A program made the position numbers and the translations under genes. The notes under the pieces were generated by a model, which was given only the letters and a program-made list of their open reading frames with translations, was not told the DNA's origin and ran no database searches. A stretch of 64,000 nt of DNA from Hemiscyllium ocellatum. Its lineage: Eukaryota. This document shows positions 23,601 to 35,439 of this stretch, in pieces. Where the stretch lies: contig NC_083435.1 in assembly GCF_020745735.1 (NCBI RefSeq), forward strand, positions 12,555,201-12,619,200. The letters run 5' to 3'. Within the stretch, counting starts at the first letter, position 1; each line of letters begins with the position of its first letter.

Positions 23601-26600
23601 AATGTTCTTTGCTTCCCACTGACTAGCATTTCTAGGCATTCTTGAAGATATACACAGACAAATGCTGCCTTGATGTGAAGTGCAATCACTTTCAGCTCAC
23701 CTTTTCAATATTAAAAAAAAAACTGATCCTTGTCAGCTCATTTCACCAGCCAATGTCTTTCATGAGTCTGTTACTATCTTCCTCACTGTTGGTGATTTAT
23801 TTTTTTCAGGAGGAAGCTAACCAGAAGATAAGGTAGGACATGCTTTTCTCTCCCTGAAACTCTGAACATTTTTGAAGAGTCAAATGGAAAGTGTTAAATA
23901 ACAGAGTGGACACTTAGCAATTTGAGTACAAAGAATAAGTGACTCAACTACTACAAGTACTCAAAGGCTCTCCCAATTACAAATAGTCAGGACTTTTACA
24001 CTTAAAATACAATTACATACCCTATTTTGAATGGACAGCTCACCTCCATTGCAAATGAATGCTGCAAATTGAATAGTACTGAGGCAGAAAGGACTACATA
24101 AGGAACATTTACACTGAGAAATACTAAAATCCTATAAATATATTCAGAGAAGATGGAGTGAAACTTGAGTTTCACAACTTTGAAAACCCAAATGCCTATC
24201 ATTTTCTCACTTATATTTGACTGGATGTTGGCATCACTGGAAAGGCCACTATTTGTCACCCAGCTCACCTCTCCCTTGCCTTTGTAAATGTCATATATTC
24301 TAACTGTTAATTCTATGTTTAAACCTAGTTGTCCAGCCTCTGAATAGTCTTAAAAAAAACTACAGCCTTACTACAGTAAACAAAATAAACTTATACAAAG
24401 CTAGCTATACGTTCACTGGATGTCATAAAAGGTTAACTATTTTCCCATTGCATTCTATTGTAATCTATATGCTTAACAGACTAGCTACCTGATGAAGGAA
24501 CAGCGCCCTGAAAGCTAGTAGAGTTATTGAGAACACAGAAACAGACTCTTTTGTCCAACTCCTCCATGCTGACTAGATATCCTAACCTCATCTAGCCCAA
24601 TTTGCCAGCACTTGGCCCATATCCCTCTCAACCCTGCTTACTCATATAGCCATCCAGATGACTTCTAAATGTTGTAATTGTACGAACAATAATTCACAGG
24701 TCAATAAATAATTCACAGCAAGAGAAGCTCTTCTCTTAGTCAATAATGTGTTTTTTTTAATTGAATCTCAATAACTATATAAAAGTTATTTTAATTCCTA
24801 AGCAGGGTCCCTGGTTCTCTACTTGAGGCTCTGTGACTCGGCAGAGCGCACTGTAGTTTGAACATTTACTCTTTCATAACCATTAATTTGCTCAATAAAG
24901 TAACATAATTCAGGGATCATTGACTAATGAAATATGAAAACACAGGGGTCGGAGTGCTCTGTTAATGATTGAACAGGCTGTGGGAAGTTTTGCACTTTGC
25001 ATGGAAGATTGTGAAGGAGCAAAACAAACTGGAATCACAATTTCCCTTCCAGGCACAATGACTGGCTCTGAAAATGTGTTGCTGGAAAAGCGCAGCAGGT
25101 CAGGCAGCATCCAAGGAGCAGAAGAATCAACGCTTAAGGCATGAGCGGAAACGTCGATTCTCCTGCTCCTTGGATGCTGCCTGCTGCGCTTTTCCAGCAA
25201 CACATTTTCAGCTCTGATCTCCAGCATCTGTAGTCCTCACTTTTTCCACAATGACTCGCTCCCCAACACACACAGTACCAGACACACCCGCACAATCACA
25301 AAACGTCAGATTGTAATTAGAGCACAATGGAGGTTTGTGGAGAAAATTAAGTTTGAGGAATGTGGAACAACTCAAATGACATAGGCAAGGTTATAGCAAC
25401 TAACTGCCTGCAGGTTTATAGTCTCTCTACAGCATAGGAGCAAATCATTCGCCCCTCCGAGGGGCATCTCATCCCTGACTCTTATGCTTCCTAGGGGTAA
25501 TCCACCAGGCCTACATGCCTTTGGGTACTTCAAAATAACCCTGTTGGGCTATAACCTGGTGTTGTTTGATTTTTAACTTTGACCACTCCAGTCCAACACC
25601 GGCACCTCCTCATCAAGTCTAATTAGCTAGATCTAAATGGCATGTAATGTCCTCACTGATCAGAAGGTGCTAACCCAACCACTGACTTCAGGATGTTTGA
25701 CTGAGATTTATCCTAGTTATGTATGCTGGATCACCATTGAAGGTATGTTAACTGTACCAACCGGTTTTCAAGGTCATCGTGAAATTATGTGCAAGGCTCA
25801 TGTTACCGTTGAGTGCTGAAAGCATACAGGCATGCAGACTCTGCTCCTGCTCTCCGCATAAGTAGTAAACACATTATCTGAGGAAAACTCTCCTCAACAC
25901 TTTCTCACCTGGGAGAGGAGGAAATGGTGGCTCTTTGTCCACTGTGATTGTGTTTGCATGCTGTCCCTTTCAGTGATTTTCAAAAAATCTATTTGAAGTC
26001 CTTATGTCCTTGTTAGCCCTTATAATGCTAAGACTATTCGTGACTTTTATTTTATTGTATCCTTCAAGTCATGCAAAATATAAGTAATGTAAGTACTTAT
26101 GGACAATTTACAATGTTACCATTTTACTATTTGCAGGCTTGATGAAGAACAACGAATAATGAAAATAGAGGATGGCATATTGTTGACAGGACAGTTCAAA
26201 GGGCCTGTGCAGTACATAGCGTGGAGAGAAATGATAAACGTCATCAATCCAGGTAAAATTCATTTTAAATTACCTGAGTTAATAAGCTATCTGAGAGAAG
26301 GATATTCAGGTTCCATGCCCTTGGATTAACTAGTCATTGAAGCCAGGTAGAATTAAATGCAGTATTCTCTGTTTGTCCCATCACATACGTGCACTCAGCC
26401 CTTCTCTCCTACAACCCAATGATAGATCGGGAATTGAACAGCACTCAGTTAGATATTTAATTTCTACTGAATGAAATGGGACACAGTGGGGCAGTGGGAT
26501 TACAATCAAGGACCCAGGAAAAGGATAGCAGGAAAAGCCATTAAAAGCCTATCTTCTGAACCACCTATCCTTGTCTTTCCCTCTCCAAATACCCCACTTT

Positions 26601-29600
26601 CCCAGACACCCAATGGTGTCCCATTTATACATTTCCTGTGCCTGGATTACCAGCAGTGGCTACTACTCTCGGTGGTGCTCTCAGCAGCACTCCAGCAAAG
26701 GGCAACAGTGCAGTACAGTGTAATGGTAATGTCACTGGATTAACAATCTAGACATGCAGATTGCAATGAAAGGAGTACAGCTGCAGATTTCCCAAATGAT
26801 ATAAGTTCAATTTATTAAAGAAGAGCATGTGGGGAAAGAACTGGAGGGAGACAGGTTATGGAAAGAGAGAAGGAGGATAAGAAGTACTTGCTCAGCACTT
26901 TGCGGGGATAGGGGTGGTTTGTTCTCTGCTGTTGATTTCATGGGGCACCTGACATTGCCAGGTAAGTGCTTCAGGAAATTTAAACCATATCCAGCTTCCA
27001 TTGCCAATGAAATATGAAGTTCACGTTTCTCACCAGTTCAAAGACACCTATATTTGTTCCAAAAACAGAAATTGCTGGAAAAGCTCAGCAGGTCTGGCAG
27101 CACCCGTGGAGGAAAAAAACGAGTAAATGTTTCGGGTCCACTGAGCTTCCTCAGAACTGATGGCAGCTAAGAAAAAGACTGTCTTTCTGCAGCAGATAGG
27201 GTAAAGTGAGGGAGTAAGGAGTAAATGGGAGAATCAGATAAATCCCAAGGGGAAGGAATAACAGTTGGACAGACAACGGAGTGGATGATGGATTAGTGGT
27301 GCTGGAAGTGCACAGCAGTTCAGGCAGCATCCGAGGAGCAGTAAAATCGACATTTCATCAGGAATAAAAACAGAGAGCCTGAAGCGTGGAGAGATAAGCT
27401 AAAGGAGGGTGGGGAGAAAGTAGCATAGAGTACAATAGGTGAGTGGGGTAGGGGATGAAGGTGATAGGTCGGGGGCGGGGGGAGGATGGAGTGGATAGGT
27501 GGAAAAGAAGATAGGCAGGGAGGACAAGTCATGGGGACAGTGCTGAGCTGCAAGTTTGGAACTGGGGTGAGGTGGGGGAAGGGGAAATGAGGAAACTGTT
27601 GAAGTCCACATTGATGCCCTGGGGTTGAAGTGTTCCGAGGCGGAAGATGAGGCGTTTTTCCTCTAGGCATCTGGTGGTGAGGGAGCGGTGGTGAAGGAGG
27701 CCCAGGACCTCCATGTCCTTGGCAGAGTGGGAGGGCGAGTTGGGCCACAGGGCAGTGTGGTTGATTGGTGCGGGTGTCCAGGAGATGTTCCCTAAAGTAG
27801 AAGGCGTCCAGTCTTCCCAATGTAAAGGAGACCACATCGGGAGCAACGGATACAATAAGTGATATTAGTGGATGTGCAGGTAAAACTTTCCAGCATCTGC
27901 AGTCATTGTTTTCACCTAAGGGAGTGGATGACAATTACCTTGGAGAATGTTTCCAGAAGGCTGTAGAGTTCCCAAACAGAAAATGAGGTGCTGCTCTTCC
28001 AGCTTGCGCTGACCTTCACTGGAGCATTGCAGCAAGGCTCAGGCAGACATGTTGGCCAGGGAGCAAAGTAATATGTTGAAGTAGCAGGAAACTGGAAGCT
28101 GAGAGTCTTCTTTGCAGATAGAACGTAGATGTTCTCCAAAGAGTTCACCCAGTCTATACTTTGTTTCCCTATGTTGAAGAGACCATAACTCATGGTTAAA
28201 CATTAACAGTCCTCATTAGTAGTTATTCATTCTCCTAGGTTAATTGTTATCCACTCCTTTGTCTGTCCAACTGTCCTTCTTTTTCCTTGGGCTCTATGTC
28301 CACCTGTTGTTTACTCCTTACCCTCTTTCCCACCCTGTCTTCAGCATATAAACCACCTTTATCTGAGCTACCATCCATTCTGAGGAGGGTCATTGGACCT
28401 GAAACGTTAACTCTGATTTCTCTCCACAAATGCTGTCACTTCTGCTGTGTTTTACAGCAATTTCTGTTTTTGTTTCAGATTTCCAATACCCACATTTCCA
28501 TTTTTATCCATATTTGCTTTCCTACTCACACCTCAATTTCTGGACTCCCTCTCCTCTTCCCTTCCCGCGCTATAGTCCCCATTACTGTTCCTTCATTCGG
28601 TCTTTCACGTCTTCTCGCTCCTTGTCTGCACAAGCTCACCTCTCCCTCCTCCCCCATTCTCTCCACACCATGCTCTCAAATTCTTGCCCCCACAAACAAA
28701 TTTCTCTCCCCTTTCCAACGGTCAGTCTTCACTCAATCACCAATATTGTACCAGCACTTGTCACCTCCCTCTCTATTTACCTGTCTCTCACCAGCCCTCT
28801 TCCTCCATGCCCTTTTCATCACTTACCGCTCCCCTCACTCTTCCATTTCTCACTGTTTCTTTCTCTCTCTCTTTCTCCTCACCCTATTCCTCCCTCCGTT
28901 CTTCAGCACTTCCTCTCCTTTTGGCCATGATTTGGAGATGCCGGTGTTGGGCTGGGGTGTACAAAATTAAAAATCACACAACACCAGATTATAGTCCAAC
29001 AGGTTTAATTGGAAACACACTAGCTTTCGGAGCAACGCTCCTTCATCAGGTGATGTCTCCTTTTGGCAACCGTGTTGCCTTCCTCCACTTATTCTCCAGT
29101 CTCCCCTTTCCCAGCGATCGTACCTCCATATTCTGTGCTTCTGTATACTTTATTCCCTCTCCCCATGCAGTCTCAACCATGCAGTGCCTCTCCCTCACTA
29201 ACTGCATTGTTTCAACTTCCCCCAGCTCCAGCCTCTCTGACTCTGGATCCGAACACAGCGCATCCCCAGCTCATCCTGTCTGAGGACCGGACCAGTGTGA
29301 AACATGGAGACAAATGGCAGCTGCTGCCTGACTCCTCGGAGAGATTTGATCCTTGCCCCTTTGTACTGGGATCAGAGGGATTCAAATCAGGGAGACATTA
29401 CTGGGAGGTGGAGGTCGCGAACAAGACCGAGTGGAGAGTGGGAGTCGCCCGAGAGTCTGTGGACAGGAAAGGGGACATAGACCCAAAACCTGACACCGGA
29501 TACTGGATTTTGAGGCTGGTTGCTGGAAGTGTTTATTTTGCAGCCACATCTCCTTCACGGACCCCCGTCTCCCTAAATGAGAATCCCCGGAAGATCGGGG

Positions 29601-29776
29601 TTTTCCTGGACTATGAGGATGGACAGGTATCATTTTACAATGCGGACACCATGTCCCACCTCTACACTTTCACTCACACTTTCACTGAGAGGCTCTTTCC
29701 CTTCTTCCACCCAGGAGGGAATGACGATGGGGAAAACTCCGCCCCGCTGACAATCTCCGGGATTAAAGGGCATTGA
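20602..29776 (+). CDS. TRIM-B: RING/B-box2/coiled-coil/PRY-SPRY protein, TRIM39/A33-like, 469 aa, 6 coding exons, shortened RING region
   Basis: Exons 20602-20991 (390), 21083-21178 (96), 21272-21505 (234), 23810-23832 (23), 26137-26252 (116), 29226-29776 (551). GT-AG introns, continuous frame, PRY/SPRY motifs LTLDPNTAH, RFD, GRHYWEVEV, KIGVFLDYE. Confidence 0.93.
22130..23700 (-). mobile_element. Old CR1-like LINE with nested PLE (about 22535-22845) and tRNA-SINE (about 23368-23515)
   Basis: 3' tail complementary to the Deu-SINE tail, degraded RT-like sequence, nested insertions. Confidence 0.6.
22591..22626 (-). ncRNA. Minimal type I hammerhead ribozyme motif (PLE family 1), intact
   Basis: AUUC-CUGAUGA-A-GGGC-UUAU-GCUC-GAAACGUC-GAAU. 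Confidence 0.8.
24485..24521 (+). ncRNA. Minimal hammerhead motif (PLE family 4), sense in TRIM-B intron 4
   Basis: CUAC-CUGAUGA-AGG-AACAGCGC-CCU-GAAAGCUA-GUAG. Confidence 0.65.
25068..25246. mobile_element. Palindromic PLE-derived insertion with TSD
   Basis: Inverted arms CTGAAAATGTGTTGCTGG.. / ..CCAGCAACACATTTTCAG; TSD CACAATGACT(G/C)GCT at 25054 and 25247. Confidence 0.85.
27060..28485. mobile_element. Composite PLE: family-3 element with inverted pLTRs, interrupted by a family-1 PLE (27289-27920)
   Basis: 27060-27290 is the inverse of 28240-28485; the nested insert is flanked by GGAGTGGATGA at 27278-27288 and 27921-27931. Confidence 0.75.
28377..28411 (+). ncRNA. Minimal hammerhead motif (PLE family 3), weak stem I
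   Basis: AUU-CUGAGGA-GGGUC-AUUG-GACCU-GAAACGUU-AAC. Confidence 0.6.
28926..29055 (-). mobile_element. 130-bp PLE pLTR-derived insertion (family 4) with 12-bp TSD
   Basis: TSD TCTCCTTTTGGC at 28914-28925 and 29056-29067; related copies at about 25530-25612 and 34491-34670. Confidence 0.85.
29018..29052 (-). ncRNA. Minimal type I hammerhead ribozyme motif (PLE family 4), intact
   Basis: CAC-CUGAUGA-A-GGAGC-GUU-GCUCC-GAAAGCUA-GUG. Confidence 0.82.
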
Positions 29777-30389
29777 CAGATCCATCCCATCCCCCTGCCT
29801 CCTGCCAGCTGTAAACTGATGGGGGTCGGTCTCTGGTGGAGAGAGAGAAACCAGGTCAACATTTTGGGAAGAAACCCTGCATCAAAACTGGGAACCGAAA
29901 GATCAGCAAAAAGCTCTGTAGGGTCGGGGAAAGAAGGAGGGAGAGAGAAGAAACAGATAGAAGATCAGTCGTACAGAGAGAATTAGGAGTCAGAAGTCAC
30001 TGTGAGCTCCGGGGACCTTCCTGCGTGTAATATTGTTCCAGACGGTGGCGCTACACGATGGTGTTTGAGATGAATCGGTCAGTGGTTCTCAGGGTTGGGC
30101 TCAGCGGTTTTAAGGAGGCACCAACTAATTTCATTACACTGTTAGTCGAGACTTTGCGGGTCAGATGGTGTTTCCATGAATGTTTTTCCTGGTTGGTGAC
30201 AGAAGGAGAGACGCTCAAGGCCTGGAGCGGGGAGGAACAAGTGTTTCACCTTGTTTAAAAAAAAGCCTCACCTGCTGCGCTTTTCCAGCACCACACTCTA
30301 GACTCTAATCTCCAGCAACTGCAGTCTCACATTCGCCGAGATTAGCTGTAATGCTCAATTGTGAGCAAGGCTGGCCTGGAATTTAGAAT

Positions 30390-30765
30390 GCCTACAGTGT
30401 GGGAACAGGCCCTTCAGCCCAGCAACCCTCCACCGACCCTCCGAGGAGTAACCCACCCAGTCCCATGCCCTTATTTCTCTACATTTCCCCTGAACGACGC
30501 ACCTAATACCAATTCACCTAACATGCACATCTTTGTGATTGGGGGAGGAAACTGGAGCACCTGGAGGAAACCCGTGCAGACAGGGGGACAATGTGCAAAC
30601 TCCACACAGACAGTTGCCCGTGGCTGGAACTGAACCTGGGTTTCTGATGCTAACCACTGAGCCACTGTATCGCCCCTGTAGATTAGATTAGATTCCCTAC
30701 AGTGTGGAAACAAGCCCTTCCGCCCACCAAGTCAACACCGACCCTCCGAAGAGCAACCAACCCAT
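30390..30765 (-). mobile_element. HE1-like V-SINE plus a second HE1 tail
   Basis: Reverse complement of the V-domain and tail. Confidence 0.8.
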
Positions 30766-32547
30766 CATTTTATGACAATCACTAGTAGAGCACAGAACAA
30801 AAGAGTGTATTTTTTCCAGTTGTGTCTGAGCTGTCCCTCTAAAATCTACGGTGCTACACTTTATAAAATATTTTATGGAAGTGCACGTAAACCACACCAA
30901 TAGCTTTATCTCAATCACTGCGTTGTTAACTCATGTCAAAAACTGAAAGAACATGATTTTCCCTTAAGAAAGCTGTGATAACTTTCCTTAATTATCCCCC
31001 ATTTCATAGAATCTACAGTGCAGAAACAGGTCCTTCGGCCCAACAAGTCCACACTGACCCTCCAAAGGGTATCCCACCAAATCCATTCCCCATTACTTTC
31101 CATTTACCCCTGACTTAATGCATATCCCTGAAACGTATGGGCAATTTAGCATGGCAAAACCACTGAATATGTCCCAACTTTTGTTCCTAACAGTTTCCCC
31201 ATCTCTGAAAATAAACTGACTGGATTATAGTATCGCCACACCCTCTTGTTTGGAGGTGTGTTAAATGTGCAGATTTCCAGTCCTCTTTCATTAGTCCTGA
31301 ATCCAAATGTAATTTGAAAATTATGCCAGCCTCTCCACAGTTTTGACTAACTTTACTCCATATCCTTGAAAGCATCTCATCTGTTTCACTTTAGTTATAG
31401 GTAATCTATCTCTGACTTCTTCCTCATCAATTTTTTTCAAAAAAACCCTTGCAAGTGTATAAACTGCTCCTCTTTCATCGTAACCTGTGTTATCCCTTCT
31501 TCCTTCATCAGGATAGATACAAATTATTTCTTATTGCTTCAGCCAGTCTTGCCATTTCCATGCATAAACCTGCTTTTTGTTCTGTCCTTGGCCCATTTCT
31601 CCTCTTACTTTTCCTTTTACTCTTTATAAATAGTTTGAAGATTCAGATTGCTTACATATGTCAGCTGCCTACTCCTTTTCATACTGTTTCTCTCTTTTAC
31701 TCAAACACCTTTTTTAGTTCCTCTCTAAATCTTTTATATTCAGCTTGGTTCTCAGTTCCATGACCTGATTGTTAGTTTCCATCAACTTTTTTTTTCCTTT
31801 TTTAACTCAAGCTCTATGTCATTCATCATCAAGGAGCTCTCCATTCGTTTGACTTGTTTTGTCATTTCAGTGAAATATATGTGACAGTACCTGAAATCAA
31901 AATTCTTTTTATAAGGGCAGCTTATTGTTCAGCTACAGTTTTGCCTGTCAGTCTTTGAATACAATTGATCTGGACCAGATATGTTCTTCAACCATTAATT
32001 ATGGTTTTCCCCCACTTAAATACTCTTGCTCTCGATTATTTTTGCCGTTTTCCATAGCCAACCTAAACATTAGGAAATGATTATTGATGATTATTCACAC
32101 ACAATCCATTTAGGCTGACTCATTCCCCCGAACAAGGCCCGGCAGTGTCTCATTATTCAATTCACTGGAAATGTACTGCTGCAGATAATTCTACTGAACA
32201 CATTCTAAAAATGCTTAGTTGTCTGTTCTTTACACACGACTAACTTGGTCAACTTTTAGTAATTAGAGTCCTCCATTCAATGGATTATTTTATTTGTGCA
32301 CTGCAATTCACTGACAAACATGTTTAACTACCTTTTATTGGCCCATGGACCACGATGAGTAAAGCAATTGCACCCTTTTTGTATTTTAGCTTGGGCAAAA
32401 CAAGTCCCCTAACTGGTGGCCATGGATTTGAATTTACATAACTGGATTGTTATGTTAGCCTCTGGATTATTAAAGCAGAAATATAATTACATTGTGCTGA
32501 AAATGCCAGAATCAGGTCCACGCAAATCATTCTCTAATAAGAGTGAT

Positions 32548-32900
32548 TGAGTCATAGAGATGTACAGCATGGAAACAGACCCTTCGGTCCAACCTGTCCA
32601 TGCCTACCAAACATCCCAACTCAATCTAGTCCTACCTACCAGCACCCAACCCATATCCCTCCAAAACCTTCCTATACCTATACCCATCCAAATGCCTCTT
32701 AAACGTTGCAATTGTACCAGCCTCCACCACTTCCTCTGGCAGCTCATTCCATACACGTACCACCCTCTGTGTGAAAAAGCTGCCCCGTAGTTCCCTTTTA
32801 TATCTTTCCCTCTCACCCTAAACCTAACCTCTCTAGTTCTGGATTCCCTCAACCGGGGAAAAGACTTTGTCTATTTATCGTATTCATGCCCCTCATAAAC
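32548..32900 (-). mobile_element. CR1-like LINE 3' end
   Basis: gagtcatagag tail and ORF2 C-terminus. Confidence 0.85.
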
Positions 32901-33836
32901 CACCTGGATGAGGGCATAGAAGGGTGGGTTAGTAAATTTGCAGATGACACTAAGGTCGGTGGAGTTGTGGATAGTGACGAAGGATGTTGTAGGTTACAGA
33001 GAGATATAGACAAGCTGCAGAGCTGAACTGAGAGGTGGCAAATGGAGTTTAATGCGGACAAGTGTGAGGTGATTCACTTTGATCGGAGTAACCGGAATGC
33101 AAAGTACTGGGCTAATAGTAAGATTCGTGGTAGTGGAGATGAGCAAAGAGATTTCGGTGTCCAGGTACACAGATCCTTGAAAGTTGCCACCCAGGCTGAC
33201 AGGGTTGTTAAGAAGGTATACAGTGTTTTAGCTTTTATTAATAGAGGGATTGAGTTCCGGAACCATGAGGTCATGCTGCAGCTGTACAAAACTCTGGTGA
33301 GGCTGCACTTGGAGTATTGTGTACAGTTCTGGTCACCGCATAATAAGAAGGATGTGGAAGCTTAGGAAAGGGTGCAGAGGAGATTTACTAGGATGTTGCC
33401 TGGTATGGAGGGAAGGTCTTACGAGGAAACGCTGAGAGACTTGAGGCTGTTTTCGTTAGAGAGAAGAAGTTTGAGAGGTGACTTAATAGAGACATATAAG
33501 ATAATCAGAGGGTTAGATAGGGTGGACAGGGAGAGCCTTTTTCCAAATATGGTGACGGTGAGCACGAGGGGGCATAGCTTTAAATTGAGGGGTGATAGAT
33601 ATAGGACAGATATCAGAGGTAGTTTCTTTACTCAGAGAGTAGTAAGGGTATGGAATGCTTTGCCTGCAACGGTAGTAGATTCGTCAAATTTAAGTACATT
33701 TAAGTCGTCATTGGACAAGCATATGGACGTACATGGAATAGTGTAGGTTAGATGGGCTTCAGGTTGGTATGACAGGTCGGCGCAACATCGAGGGCTGAAG
33801 GGCCTGTACTGCGCTGTAATATTCTATGTTCTATGT
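32901..33836 (+). mobile_element. Young CR1-like LINE 3' part (different subfamily)
   Basis: SKFADDTK RT motif, MEFNADKCEVIHF, LERRSLRGDLIETYK, (TTCTATG)n tail. Confidence 0.9.
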
Positions 33837-33960
33837 TAATCAATTAATAATTTTCATGGAGCCAACAAAAAAAAATCAGGACAAGCAATGAAATACTTGT
33901 TAATAGATCTTTTGACTGAAGTAACTGAAAAAACAGTAACCAATGTTAGAGTGAAAAAAA

Positions 33961-34167
33961 AGCTGAAAAATGTGTTGCTGGAAAAGCGCAGCAGGTCAGG
34001 CAGCCTCAAAGGAGCAGGAGAATCGACGTTTCGGGCATTAGCCCTTCTTCAGGCCTATACCTGAAATGTCGATTCTCCTGCTCCTTTGATGCTGCCTGAC
34101 CTGCTGCGCTTTTCCAGCAACACATTTTTCAGCTCTGATCTCCAGCATTTGCAGTCCTCACTTTATC
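33961..34167. mobile_element. Palindromic PLE-derived insertion with 15-bp TSD
   Basis: Inverted arms 33961-34134; TSD TTAGAGTGAAAAAAA at 33946 and 34168; hammerhead core on minus at 34025-34052. Confidence 0.88.
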
Positions 34168-34490
34168 TTAGAGTGAAAAAAAATCAAGATTATACAATGG
34201 GGCAGATTTGGAGGAATTCAAAACTTTTGGCAAGTTATGGTATAGGTTAAGGTTACAAAAATGATGAGAGGTTCTGTCATGAGGCTATTTCAACCAGCAG
34301 CAGAGAATCTTTCACCTCTGAAGTCAGCTAATACCTCATGTAACTGCCTCCTAACAGAAGTAGTGTTACTTTAAATACTAAATGGAAAGAAATAGAAAAA
34401 TCAGTCACTTTAGCATCAGAGATAGATAAGGGAGAGGAGGAGCTATGGTTTTATGAGAGTACTCTGCTCGACAAGCTTTCCACAGATTCA

Positions 34491-34670
34491 GGAGGTACTG
34501 GTGTTGGACTGGGGTGAACAACGTCAAAAATCACACAACACTGGGTTATAGTCCAACAGGCTTATTTGAACCCACAAACATTTGGAGCCCTGCTCCTTCT
34601 TCACTAGCTATCTAGCGGTTTGACATAAACCTGTTGCACTATAAACCAGTACCATGTGATTTTGACTTTG
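34491..34670. mobile_element. Palindromic family-4 PLE insertion with 12-bp TSD
   Basis: TSD TCCACAGATTCA at 34479-34490 and 34671-34682; imperfect inverted arms. Confidence 0.8.
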
Positions 34671-35439
34671 TCCACAGATTCAAGCTCCACCCTAGATTTC
34701 ATAGCTCATGAATGAGAATTAATGGCAGTGTTCATTAGATTGATAATCATAACAACATTTCTACCTTTAAAGTCCAAGGCGGGTGGTGGAGGGTGGGGGG
34801 AACGCATATGAAGATATCAAAACAAATGCAGTGAGAAGTGATACCTGTCTGCTGTAACAGCAACACAGAAATAATGAAATTAAATGCTTAAATTTGTCTC
34901 TGACTTTTCTGAAACTTATAATCGAAAAAAAATTCTGACACATTTTATACGCTTTTGCGAAGGAAGCAAATATTGAGCTGCTTTAAAAAGAAATATTTTG
35001 CCTTGCCGACATTCACGAAGTTTCGCCTGGCTGGCCGCTTCAAGCTCCGCCATTCATGCATTGTGATGAATGAACAACATATTGCTACCTTGACCTTTTC
35101 CAGTTGGATCCCAAAGATAGTAATAACTACCTAACGCTATTAAACGCCACAAGGCAACATTGCACTACCAGTAGAAAAATACTGGAAGGAAATGAATGAG
35201 ACCGTGAATCTGAGATTAGTACTACAAGCAGAAAAAACGTAACTAAATTCATGAAATAAAAGTTAAAATCGAACTAAATGCAATGCTTATTAATGTAACC
35301 TATATAGTAATTTTTCGTAAGACCAATCACTGAGTGAATGGACAATAACTTTTTTGATTACCATTACATTTTAAATATTTTAATATTGATTGACCAATGA
35401 ACTTTTTATTTCCGCCACTCTCAATCAATGGTGGAACAA

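Noticed and set aside
28287-29283. Three long overlapping ORFs (166-227 aa)
   Set aside because: Stop-poor C/T-rich intron sequence; the real exon starts at the acceptor at 29226.
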